Assembly (NCBI GenBank): GCA_001777015.1
Contig: MFCV01000039.1
Location: forward strand, 1-53,632
Direction of reading: 5' to 3'
Source: Candidatus Daviesbacteria bacterium RIFCSPHIGHO2_02_FULL_36_13
GTDB taxonomy: Bacteria; Patescibacteriota; Microgenomatia; Daviesbacterales; UBA10151
Length of the DNA: 53,632 nt
The notes below the pieces were generated by a model. That model saw nothing but the letters and a program-made list of their open reading frames with translations. It was not told the DNA's origin and made no database searches. Made by a program: the position numbers and the translations under genes. Shown here in pieces: positions 1-8,725 of this stretch (positions are counted from its first letter, which is position 1; every line of letters starts with the position of its first letter).

Positions 1-311
1 ATGGTAAATCTTCTCTTGCCAGACTTGGAGTTGTTGTGCATTCTACAGCTGCCAGGTTTGATCCAGGTTGGGATGGCTGTCCTGTTTTAGAATTTGGAAC
101 TTTTTTAAAAGGGAAAAAGCTAGTTATATATGAAGGATCTCCAATTTGTGCTTTTTCTTTTGAAAAATTATCAGCACCTGTTCAAAGATCATATAAAAGT
201 TCTCCTAATAATAGGTATGGGGGTTCTGATATGCCGCAAGTTTCAAATTTAATGGGAGGACGGGCTCATCATGGCAAAAAGCACCGCTCGACTAGGAAAC
301 CTAAATCATAA
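1..311 (+). CDS. dcd: dCTP deaminase, 5'-truncated by the window edge
   Basis: Frame is open from nt 3: GKSSLARLGVVVHSTAARFDPGWDG.PVLE matches the Dcd signature. The C-terminal tail runs into a structured element. Confidence 0.85.
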   Translation, partial: GKSSLARLGVVVHSTAARFDPGWDGCPVLEFGTFLKGKKLVIYEGSPICAFSFEKLSAPVQRSYKSSPNNRYGGSDMPQVSNLMGGRAHHGKKHRSTRKPKS

Positions 312-399
312 AGTTATTTTCTAGTCTCGCTGTGGGAAAATTTGTGATTTAGGACTTCACACAAATTTTCTAACTGCTTTTATGCTCATGATTTCGCCC
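262..399. repeat. Multi-branch palindromic element with a potential kissing loop
   Basis: Outer stem 262-283/375-399, inner hairpins 290-299/317-326 and 336-346/360-370. Loop CCTAAAT (300-306) is complementary to loop ATTTAGG (347-353). Confidence 0.7.
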
Positions 400-409
400 T
401 TTTTATATT

Positions 410-994
410 ATGAGTGTATTAGGAATTGATGAAATATTAAGAAGAGTAAAAAAAGAAAAACTCATAGAAAACCTTGGGAAAAGGGAGTTAGAAAATCCTG
501 AAGGGGTGGGGGTGGATTTAAGATTGGGAAGTGTACACAGGATTGTAAGTGGTGGGGCTTTTATAGAAGCAGACCCTTCGACAGGCTCAGGGCAAGTGGT
601 TCTTGGAAAACGTAAGGGAGTGAAAACTGAGCTGGTGGCCGAATTTAAACCCAGAGCTAAAAAACAGAAAGAAATTGTGATAAATCCAGGTGATTATTTA
701 TTAGTTTCCTGTTTTGAAAAATTAAATACCCCAAAAGATTTAATGCCGGTTGTTTTTCCTAGAACTTCTCTTTTTAGAGCAGGACTTCTTTTATTAAATT
801 CTAAAACAGATCCCGGATATAAAGGAACTCTTACTATGGGACTGAAAAATCTTTCAGAGTTTGATGTTAAGTTGCAAATGGGAGCCAGAATTTGCAACAT
901 AGTTTTCTTTAAAATTGAAGGCAAAACAGTATCTTACAGAGGACAGCATCAAGGTGGTAGAATAAGTCCTTCCGATGTTGAACAGCAAGTCTAA
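410..994 (+). CDS. dcd: dCTP deaminase/dUTPase family protein (second paralog)
   Basis: GVDLRLG, PRTSLFRAGL, DPGYKGTL, GARICNIVF and YRGQHQG motifs. Confidence 0.8.
   Translation: MSVLGIDEILRRVKKEKLIENLGKRELENPEGVGVDLRLGSVHRIVSGGAFIEADPSTGSGQVVLGKRKGVKTELVAEFKPRAKKQKEIVINPGDYLLVSCFEKLNTPKDLMPVVFPRTSLFRAGLLLLNSKTDPGYKGTLTMGLKNLSEFDVKLQMGARICNIVFFKIEGKTVSYRGQHQGGRISPSDVEQQV
572..596. repeat. REP-like hairpin in frame in dcd (encodes DPSTGSGQ)
   Basis: GACCCTTCGACAGGCTCAGGGCAAG, 23/25 identical to 35377-35401. Confidence 0.85.
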
Positions 995-1964
995 CAAACA
1001 CCCAGAGTACCAATATTTAGATCTTTTAAAAGAAGCTTTAGAACATGGAGTGAAAAAGGTAGACCGTGGAACAGATATTGTTTTATATTCTCTTTTTGGT
1101 AAACAAACCAGATATGACCTGTCAGAAGGATTTCCACTTTTAACAACTAAAAAAGTTTACTGGAATGGAGTTTTGCAGGAACTGTATTGGTTTATGTCAG
1201 GACAAACAAATATAAAATATTTAGTAGAGAAACAAGTCCATATTTGGGATGATTATCCCTATAAGATTTACAAAGTAAAGAACAAAAATGGAAAAAAGCT
1301 ATTAACTAAAGAAGAGTTTATTGCCAAAATTGCCTCAGATAAAAAGTTTGCCAAACAGTGGGGGGAGCTGCCGAGAATTTATGGAGAGATGTGGAGAAAA
1401 TGGCCAACCAGAAAAAAAGGAAAAACTATTGATCAACTTAAATGGGTAATGAAAGAATTAAAAGATGATCCAGATGCTAAAAATTTAATTGTTAATTCCT
1501 GGAATCCTGAATATTTATATACTATGGCAGAAGGAGGGGATGCTTCACTTTTCCCAATTTGTCACAATATGTATCAGATAAGCAATAGAGGGGGAAAACT
1601 ATCCTTACAGCTTTACCAAAGATCCTCTGACTTATTTTTAGGAGTGCCTTTTAATATTGCCTCTTATGCGCTGTTAACAATTGTCCTTGCTAAAATTGCA
1701 GGACTTAAACCCGGGGAATTTATCCATACTTTTGGAGATGTGCATATTTATGAAAATCATATCCCACAAGTTATGGAGCAATTAAAAAGAAAGCCTAAGC
1801 CCTTTCCCAAAATTAAACTAAGCTCAAAAATTAAAAGTATTGATGATTTTAAACCAGAGCTTGTTACTCTGGAAGGTTATGATCCGCACCCTTCAATGAA
1901 AGCAGAGTTAACAGTAGCTGGTGGATTATATGATCCCTCAACTGGTAAAATGGCAGGACTATAA
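975..1964 (+). CDS. thyA: Thymidylate synthase
   Basis: DRGT, GFPLLTTKK, catalytic PICH, YQRSSDLFLGVPFNIASY, GDVHIYENH. Confidence 0.97.
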   Translation: MLNSKSNKHPEYQYLDLLKEALEHGVKKVDRGTDIVLYSLFGKQTRYDLSEGFPLLTTKKVYWNGVLQELYWFMSGQTNIKYLVEKQVHIWDDYPYKIYKVKNKNGKKLLTKEEFIAKIASDKKFAKQWGELPRIYGEMWRKWPTRKKGKTIDQLKWVMKELKDDPDAKNLIVNSWNPEYLYTMAEGGDASLFPICHNMYQISNRGGKLSLQLYQRSSDLFLGVPFNIASYALLTIVLAKIAGLKPGEFIHTFGDVHIYENHIPQVMEQLKRKPKPFPKIKLSSKIKSIDDFKPELVTLEGYDPHPSMKAELTVAGGLYDPSTGKMAGL

Positions 1965-1968
1965 GAAC

Positions 1969-2454
1969 ATGAAAATATCAATGATTGCTGCTATTGCTTC
2001 TGAAAATAATGCCTTAGGATTAAATGGCAGATTAATTTATGCCATCAGTGATGATTTAAAAAGATTTAAAGAAATTACCACAGGTCATCCAATCATTATG
2101 GGAAGGAAAACATTTGAGTCAATTGGTATGCCACTTCCCAATAGACGAAATATTGTTATAACCCGTGATGAAGATTATTTTGCTGAAGGAGTGGTGATAG
2201 TTCATTCTTTGGAAGAAGCTTTAGGGTTGGTACAAAATGAGGATGAGATTTTTATCATCGGCGGTGGAGAAATATATAAGCAGGCAATAGACATAGCAGA
2301 TAAACTCTATTTAACTATAGTTGAAGAAAACCCGGAGGCAGATACATATTTTCCTGATTATTCTAATTTTAAAAAAGTTGTTTTTGAAGAAAGCCATGAA
2401 ACCGAAGATGGATTAAAGTACAAATTTTTAGATTTAGAGAAAAGCCCCTCTTGA
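1969..2454 (+). CDS. folA: Dihydrofolate reductase
   Basis: MKISMIAA, DLKRFK, IMGRKTFES, LPNRRNIV, IIGGGEIY. Start moved to the ATG at 1969, just after the thyA stop. Confidence 0.96.
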   Translation: MKISMIAAIASENNALGLNGRLIYAISDDLKRFKEITTGHPIIMGRKTFESIGMPLPNRRNIVITRDEDYFAEGVVIVHSLEEALGLVQNEDEIFIIGGGEIYKQAIDIADKLYLTIVEENPEADTYFPDYSNFKKVVFEESHETEDGLKYKFLDLEKSPS

Positions 2455-2490
2455 CAGGCGAAATTAAATTTATTTATTATAGTTTTATAA

Positions 2491-2724
2491 ATGAAATCTC
2501 CAGATATAGATACTTTTACAGGAGAATTTGGAATACCCCGCTATGATTTACTGATTAATACACAAGCCCTTACCCCATTGGGTAGAGATCATTGGCAAAG
2601 AGGTGAAAATTTTGATATGTATCAACAGAGAAACAGGTCAAGTTTGGCTAGAGCTGTAGCACAAAATGTTGGTCATAATACCCCCAGGGGTCATCATGTT
2701 ACCAGACATGGCAATAGGCGTTGA
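2491..2724 (+). CDS. Small hypothetical protein
   Basis: 77-aa ORF filling the gap, preceded by TTGACA at 2451. No recognisable motif. Confidence 0.45.
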   Translation: MKSPDIDTFTGEFGIPRYDLLINTQALTPLGRDHWQRGENFDMYQQRNRSSLARAVAQNVGHNTPRGHHVTRHGNRR

Positions 2725-2764
2725 CTTTTAGCCTCCAAACCTATAAAATACTTTTTATTAAACA

Positions 2765-2804
2765 TCTATCAGTATTGTTTTCCTGAAACTATACTGCTGG
2801 TAGA
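2765..2804 (+). promoter_or_regulatory. Hairpin in the rpsB 5' leader
   Basis: TCTATC-AGTAT-T-GTTT / AAAC-T-ATACT-GCT-GGTAGA stem downstream of a TTGACT...TAAAAT promoter. Confidence 0.45.
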
Positions 2805-2822
2805 GGTGATCAAGGAAAACTT

Positions 2823-3668
2823 ATGTATCAATTACCTAAAATAGAAGAATTATTAGAAGCTGGTGTTCATTTTGGACATCAAATCCGTCGTGGTCATCCC
2901 AGAATGAAGCCATATATTTATGGAGCTCGTGAGGGAGTTCATATTATTGATTTAACTAAATCTGAAATTTATCTTAAAGAGGCTTGTGAATATGTTTATA
3001 GTTTGGGAAAAGAAGGGAAAGTTTTACTTTTTGTTGGAACTAAAAAGCAGGCCAGACCAATTGTTGAAGAATTAGCTAAAAATCTAAAAACCCCATATTT
3101 AATTGAAAGATGGATTGGAGGATTTTTAACAAACTTTGAACAAATGCAAAAAAATCTAAAAATTCTAAAAGAATTTAAAGAAGCAAAAGAAAAAGGAAAT
3201 CTTAAAAAATACACTAAAAAAGAACAGCTTTTGCTTGATAGAAAAATGAATAAATTGGATCGTGATTTTGAGGGAGTTATGGAATTAGGTATTTTACCTG
3301 ATGCAGTATTTGTATCAGACGCTGTTACAGAAAATATTGCTGTGAAGGAAGCAAACAGAATGGGAATAAAAGTTGTGGCTATTGCTGATTCAAATTGCAA
3401 TCCTTCCCAAATTGATTATCCCATTCCTGGAAATGATGATGCTATAAAGTCTATTAAAATATTACTTGAAGCAGTAGCAGGCGCATACGCTGAGGGGAAA
3501 AAGGAAGCAGGGGTGGTGGCAGAAAGAGCTGCTAAACAGGCCGAAAAAGATGCTGCCAAAAAAGCTGCAGATGATAAAGAATTAGATGAAACTCTAAAAG
3601 TAGAAGTAGCTGCTGCTGAGGAGAGCTTAGAGAAAAAAGCTGTAAAAGATTCAGAAAAAGTGGTCTGA
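2823..3668 (+). CDS. rpsB: 30S ribosomal protein S2
   Basis: LLEAGVHFGH, LFVGTKKQA, RWIGGFLTNF, PIPGNDDAIKSI. Confidence 0.98.
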   Translation: MYQLPKIEELLEAGVHFGHQIRRGHPRMKPYIYGAREGVHIIDLTKSEIYLKEACEYVYSLGKEGKVLLFVGTKKQARPIVEELAKNLKTPYLIERWIGGFLTNFEQMQKNLKILKEFKEAKEKGNLKKYTKKEQLLLDRKMNKLDRDFEGVMELGILPDAVFVSDAVTENIAVKEANRMGIKVVAIADSNCNPSQIDYPIPGNDDAIKSIKILLEAVAGAYAEGKKEAGVVAERAAKQAEKDAAKKAADDKELDETLKVEVAAAEESLEKKAVKDSEKVV

Positions 3669-3675
3669 AAACCAT

Positions 3676-4131
3676 ATGAATATAACTGTCGAAGCCATTA
3701 AAAAATTAAGAGAAGAAACAGGGGCAGGTATTGCTGATTGTAGAGAAGCACTTACTGAATCAGCTGGAGATATGGAAAAAGCCAAAGGGATTTTAAAGAA
3801 AAAAGGTTTAGACAAAGCTGTCTCAAAATCAGACAGAGAAGTAAAAGCTGGACTGGTGGATGTATATTCCCATAATGGTAAGGTTGGGGTTTTGGTAGAG
3901 GTGCTTTGTGAAACTGACTTTGTTGGCAAAACAGAAGATTTTAAAAATCTGGCTCATGAACTTTCATTGCAAATTGCATCCATGAATCCATCTTCTGTTG
4001 AAGATTTATTATCTCAAGAATATATTAGGGATAATTCTTTGACTGTGGATCAGCTAGTAAAAAGTATTAGTGGAAAATTGGGGGAAAATATTCAGATTGG
4101 AAGATTTGAGAGAATTGCTTTAGGAGACTAA
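3676..4131 (+). CDS. tsf: Elongation factor Ts (short form)
   Basis: IKKLREETGAG, EVLCETDFV, GENIQIGRFER. Follows rpsB. Confidence 0.96.
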   Translation: MNITVEAIKKLREETGAGIADCREALTESAGDMEKAKGILKKKGLDKAVSKSDREVKAGLVDVYSHNGKVGVLVEVLCETDFVGKTEDFKNLAHELSLQIASMNPSSVEDLLSQEYIRDNSLTVDQLVKSISGKLGENIQIGRFERIALGD

Positions 4132-4685
4132 TGGATCCAGTACTAACTGCCGCCAATGAAAAAATAGACGCCGCTCTGCATCATTTTAAAGTGGAGATTG
4201 CTGGAATTCGCGCCGGAAGAGCTAATCCTGCATTAATTGAAAATATTCCTGTAGAAGCATACGGCGGCAGAATGAAGCTTATGGAAGTTGGAAATATTTC
4301 TGCTCCGCAACCAACTCTTTTAACAGTTCAACTTTGGGATGCCTCCATTTTACAGACTGTTTTAAAAGCAATTCAGGATGCTAATTTAGGACTTAATCCT
4401 TCAAATGACGGATCCTTAATACGTTTGCCAATCCCATCTTTAACAGCTGAAAGAAGGGAAGAATTTATAAAGATTCTACATACAAAAATGGAGGATGGCA
4501 AAGTAGCTATCAGAAATATAAGACAGGAATTTAGAAATGAATGGAAGAAGGATTCTGATAATGGAATAATTTCTGAGGATGAATTCGGCAGACGTGAAAA
4601 ACTACTGCAAGTAATGATTGATAAAAAAATTATTGAGATTGATGAGTTGGGTAAAGCAAAAACGGAAGAGCTTACCCAAATATGA
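4131..4685 (+). CDS. frr: Ribosome recycling factor
   Basis: IRAGRANP, LGLNPSNDG, LTAERREE, KVAIRNIR. Confidence 0.97.
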   Translation: MDPVLTAANEKIDAALHHFKVEIAGIRAGRANPALIENIPVEAYGGRMKLMEVGNISAPQPTLLTVQLWDASILQTVLKAIQDANLGLNPSNDGSLIRLPIPSLTAERREEFIKILHTKMEDGKVAIRNIRQEFRNEWKKDSDNGIISEDEFGRREKLLQVMIDKKIIEIDELGKAKTEELTQI

Positions 4686-5767
4686 TTTTACCTATTTTAA
4701 TTTTTATACTCACGCTTCTGGTATTGGTTCTAATCCATGAATTTGGCCATTTCCTAATGGCTAAAAAATTTGGAATAAAAGTTGAAGAATTTGGATTTGG
4801 TATTCCTCCAAGAGTTTGGGGTAAAAAAATTGGTGAGACTTTATATTCTATAAACCTGCTTCCATTAGGGGGATTTGTAAAACTGCAAGGAGAAGATGAA
4901 GTTGGAGGGATACCTAAAGATTCAAATAGAGATTTTAGGGGCAAACCAGTATGGCAAAGGATAGTGGTAGTGGTTGCCGGGGTGGTTATGAATTTAGTAT
5001 TGGCCTGGATTATTTTTTATAGCCTTTTAATTTATTCAAACTTTAGGATTATTTATCCAACCATAGAGAGTGGCGCTTTTATTGGAGGGGTGGAGGAAGG
5101 TTTTCCAGCTAAAGATGCTGGAATTGTGGTTGGAGACAGGGTTTTAAAAGTTGATGGTAAAGATGTTAAGGCTTGGGAAGATGCAAGAACTTTCATTAAA
5201 GAGAAAAATGGAAAAGAAGTTGTTCTGATTCTTTCTGATTTAGAGGGAAAAAATACAAGAGAGGTTACAGTTACTCCCAAAGAAACTGATGGAGATTATT
5301 TAATTGGAGTGGTGTTTTCTCCAATTGGAATAAAAGAATATAAAACCACCCAGGAAAAAATATTTTCAGGGATAACTTATTCCTGGGATTTAACAAAATT
5401 AACTTTTGCAGGATTTTCTAAATTAATAAAAGATTTGACTGGCGGGGATATTAAGACTGCCAGTGAATCTGTTTCAGGACCTATTGGACTGGCTAATGTC
5501 AGCACAAATATTTTAAGCGGCGGCAGGGAAGCCTTGCCATTTTACGCTTGGTTTGTAGGGGTAATATCCTTAACTTTATCTATTTTTAATGTTTTGCCAA
5601 TACCAGCCTTAGATGGAGGAAGATTATTATTCTTACTGATAGAGGCCACATTCAGAAAAAAGGTAAGTGAGAAAATTGAAACAGCAGTTCATCAAATTGG
5701 ATTTATTGTTTTAATAGGTTTAGCCATTCTTGTTACCTACTCTGATATCTCCAAACTTATCCATTAA
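4682..5767 (+). CDS. rseP: RIP metalloprotease RseP (M50, PDZ domain)
   Basis: HEFGH, PLGGFVK, AGVVMN, NVLPIPALDGG. Confidence 0.94.
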   Translation: MILPILIFILTLLVLVLIHEFGHFLMAKKFGIKVEEFGFGIPPRVWGKKIGETLYSINLLPLGGFVKLQGEDEVGGIPKDSNRDFRGKPVWQRIVVVVAGVVMNLVLAWIIFYSLLIYSNFRIIYPTIESGAFIGGVEEGFPAKDAGIVVGDRVLKVDGKDVKAWEDARTFIKEKNGKEVVLILSDLEGKNTREVTVTPKETDGDYLIGVVFSPIGIKEYKTTQEKIFSGITYSWDLTKLTFAGFSKLIKDLTGGDIKTASESVSGPIGLANVSTNILSGGREALPFYAWFVGVISLTLSIFNVLPIPALDGGRLLFLLIEATFRKKVSEKIETAVHQIGFIVLIGLAILVTYSDISKLIH

Positions 5768-5786
5768 TTTTTGGTATAGTTAAATA

Positions 5787-6941
5787 GTGGCCAAGCTGCT
5801 TACGATATTTACACTTATTTTAGCCGTAGTTTTATTCCCGCCGGCTGCTTTAGCTTTAATTTCTAATAATGCTGTACCTGGTGACCGGACGTATCCTATT
5901 AAAAGAGGACTGGAGAATATAATTTATGCTGTTGCCTCTATTACTCCAACTACGAAAGCCTGGTTTTCTGCTGCCAGGTCTGATAGGAGGTTTGATGAAC
6001 TTTCCACTCTTTTTAATCAAAAAAAATCTACTGTCCAAACAATAATAGAACTAGTTAGTCAAACAAAGACAGCTGCAACTCAGATTAAATTTCTGGATAA
6101 TGGGCAGCAGAAAAAAGACCTCCAAAGTAATCTCCAGGCTTCAACACAAAAATATGTAGAAAAACTTAAGGAATATTCGCAAACATCAAGTTCAACTCAG
6201 CAACCTGTGGTTAATCCAACGCCAACCCCCATTCCTACTGTCGCTACTCCAACACCAACACCAACACCAACACAAAACCCAACCCCTCGGCCTACGTCAA
6301 CTCCAACTCCGAGACCTGGTGCTACAGCAACTCCAACACCGACAGCAACTCCTGTGCCTACAGCTACTCCTGTACCTACAGCTAATCCAACAGTTGCTCC
6401 AACTCCGGTTGCAACACCTGTGCCTACTCCTGCTCCTACACCAGTTCCCATACCATCTGAGATAGAGAGAGACGATTGTTTCAACCAATATCTTATTCTT
6501 ACCCCTCCAAATTGGGAAGGATGGGGAGCCTGTGAGTTAGCAAAAGTTAATACAGGATTAGTTACCACTTCTTCTAATGATACAAATAACAGGTCTGGTG
6601 GTGGTATTGGTGCTAGTTCATTGAATGGTGAGGCTCAAGTTGTACCTACCGGTAGAATAGTTACCTCATCAGTTGTTAATGGTCTGGCTACTATTTCTGC
6701 TTATTGGTCCAATTTTGATTCAAAGGCTGTGATTTGTGTTGCAACCCCAGGGGTAAGTGGAGGAGTTGAGAGGGTTTTCGCCAGCGGAAATGGGCCAAGT
6801 GGTAATTTGAGTTCGGATACAGGTAGTGGAGGAAGTGGTTGGATTTCGCCAGGGACTAGCTATACATTTAAACTTCATAGTTCTCCCATAATTGATTGTA
6901 GCGGTCCGGAAGAGGCTACTGTTGTAGTTACCGGCCCTTAA
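5787..6941 (+). CDS. Exported DUF5667-like protein with a Pro/Thr linker
   Basis: N-terminal TM helix, AVPGDRTYPIKRGLE motif, helical domain, long PT repeat and a beta-rich C-terminal domain. Confidence 0.7.
   Translation: MAKLLTIFTLILAVVLFPPAALALISNNAVPGDRTYPIKRGLENIIYAVASITPTTKAWFSAARSDRRFDELSTLFNQKKSTVQTIIELVSQTKTAATQIKFLDNGQQKKDLQSNLQASTQKYVEKLKEYSQTSSSTQQPVVNPTPTPIPTVATPTPTPTPTQNPTPRPTSTPTPRPGATATPTPTATPVPTATPVPTANPTVAPTPVATPVPTPAPTPVPIPSEIERDDCFNQYLILTPPNWEGWGACELAKVNTGLVTTSSNDTNNRSGGGIGASSLNGEAQVVPTGRIVTSSVVNGLATISAYWSNFDSKAVICVATPGVSGGVERVFASGNGPSGNLSSDTGSGGSGWISPGTSYTFKLHSSPIIDCSGPEEATVVVTGP
6215..6455 (+). repeat. Low-complexity (PT)n/(PTATPV)n coding repeat
   Basis: Tandem ccaaca/cctact units encoding PTPTPT...PVPTATPVPT. 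Confidence 0.85.
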
Positions 6942-6963
6942 GGTTATCATTAGAATTAACTTT

Positions 6964-8691
6964 ATGAAATATTCAAAGCTTTTTGGAAAAACTATCAAGG
7001 AAACGCCTAGTGATGCAACTTTAATTTCCCATAAACTGCTTTATAAAGGCGGATTCCTGCGTGAATCAACTGCTGGTAGGTATTACCTTTTGCCTTTAGG
7101 ACTAAAAGTCCAGCAAAAAATTCAAAAAATAATTAAAGAAGAGATGGATTCTGCTGAAGCACAAGAATTAATTACTCCAGTTTTACATCCTAAAGCTTTA
7201 TGGGAAGAAACTAATAGAACTAATTCTGTGGGGTTTGAACTAATGAGTATTAAAGATAGAAATGAATTTGAATTTGTTTTAGGCGGAACAGCAGAGGAAA
7301 TGTTGGTAGATTTAGTTAGAAAATTTCAACTAAGTTACAAAGATTTACCTGTTAATTTATATCAATTTTCTATTAAATTTAGGGATGAATTAAGAGCTAG
7401 GGGTGGTTTGCTTAGAGTCAGGGAATTTTTAATGAAAGATGCTTACTCATTTCACGTCTCAGAAGAAGATTTTAAGAAAGAATATGAAAATATGAAAAAA
7501 ACTTATACCAAAATCTTTGAAAGATTGGGTTTAAAAACAATAATTGTTGAATCTGATAATGGTTATATTGGCGGCGAATATTGTCATGAATTTGTAGTGG
7601 AATCAGAGGTTGGTGAGAGTAGGTTTTTAGTTAATCCTGATGGAAGTTATGCAGCTCATGAAGATGTGGTTAAATTTGTGCCTGAAAAGAAGAATATAGC
7701 TGAAAAAGAGGAATCTTTAAAAGAGGTTGAAGCAGTGAGAGGTAAGACTATGGAGGATGGTGCAAAATTTCATAAACTTCCACTTTGGCAGCAGATAAAA
7801 GACGTTTTATTTGTAGATGAAAAAGGTAGATTTATTCTTTCAATAATTAGAGGAGATTATGATGTAAATGAAACCAAGCTTAAGCATATTATTAAGGCAT
7901 ACCAACTCCGTCACGCTACTGAAGATGAAATAAGAGAAAAGATTCATTCAGAACCTGGATTTATTTCCCCTGTTGGAATCAAAGAAATTGTTAAAAAGGG
8001 TATAGAAATTATTATTGTGGCTGATGAAACACTCTCCACTGTTAAAAATTCTTATGGTGGAGCCAATAAAAAGAACAGGGATCTTTTAAATATGAATATG
8101 GGAAGAGATTACAAGCCAGATATTACTTCGGACATAGCTTTAGCAAGAGAGGGAGATTTGGCTCCAGATGGGAGTGGTCCATTAAAAGAAAAAAGAGGGA
8201 TTGAGGTGGGGAATATTTTCCAGCTAGGATTCCATTATTCTTCAAAAATGAAAGGGGCTGAGTTTACAGATGCTGATGGCAGTAAAAAACCATATTATAT
8301 GGGCTGTTATGGAATTGGATTGGGTAGAAGCTTAGCAACGATAGTAGAAGTATTTCATGATGATAAAGGAATAATTTGGCCAGAGAGTGTAGCTCCATAT
8401 CAAGTACATCTAATAGGGCTGGATATGGATGAAGCTGAGAAGGTATATAAGCGAAGCTTGAAAACCTCTGAAGAGGTTTATAAATCCCTTCTAGCAGAAG
8501 GAATTGAAGTCCTTTTTGATGATAGGGATGTCTCTGCTGGAATTAAATTTACAGACGCAGATTTAATAGGAATTCCATATCGGGTTGTAGTTTCCAAAAG
8601 AAATGAAGGAAAATTAGAAATTAAAAGAAGAGATAAAGGTGAAACTGAATTTAAAACACTTGGACAACTCCTAAGTCTGGTTTCTCATTGA
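6964..8691 (+). CDS. proS: Proline--tRNA ligase (with editing domain)
   Basis: KFRDELRARGGLLRVREFLMKDAYSF, GIEVGNIFQLG, MGCYGIG, FTDADLIGIP. Confidence 0.97.
   Translation: MKYSKLFGKTIKETPSDATLISHKLLYKGGFLRESTAGRYYLLPLGLKVQQKIQKIIKEEMDSAEAQELITPVLHPKALWEETNRTNSVGFELMSIKDRNEFEFVLGGTAEEMLVDLVRKFQLSYKDLPVNLYQFSIKFRDELRARGGLLRVREFLMKDAYSFHVSEEDFKKEYENMKKTYTKIFERLGLKTIIVESDNGYIGGEYCHEFVVESEVGESRFLVNPDGSYAAHEDVVKFVPEKKNIAEKEESLKEVEAVRGKTMEDGAKFHKLPLWQQIKDVLFVDEKGRFILSIIRGDYDVNETKLKHIIKAYQLRHATEDEIREKIHSEPGFISPVGIKEIVKKGIEIIIVADETLSTVKNSYGGANKKNRDLLNMNMGRDYKPDITSDIALAREGDLAPDGSGPLKEKRGIEVGNIFQLGFHYSSKMKGAEFTDADGSKKPYYMGCYGIGLGRSLATIVEVFHDDKGIIWPESVAPYQVHLIGLDMDEAEKVYKRSLKTSEEVYKSLLAEGIEVLFDDRDVSAGIKFTDADLIGIPYRVVVSKRNEGKLEIKRRDKGETEFKTLGQLLSLVSH
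8448..8483. repeat. TAAGC-GAA-GCTTG hairpin element in frame in proS
   Basis: TAAGCGAAGCTTG-A-AAACCTC-TGAA-GAGGTTT-A-TAA, with TATAA repeated 33 nt apart. Confidence 0.75.
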
Positions 8692-8725
8692 TTTTAAGAG
8701 CAGTTTGGACTACAATACCTAGCTA

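Noticed and set aside
3676-4685. Short EF-Ts and absence of pyrH between tsf and frr
   Set aside because: Short EF-Ts forms are known, and pyrH may lie elsewhere in the genome.
6197-6568. Reverse-strand GV-repeat and Cys/Arg-rich ORFs
   Set aside because: Shadows of the Pro/Thr repeat on the + strand.
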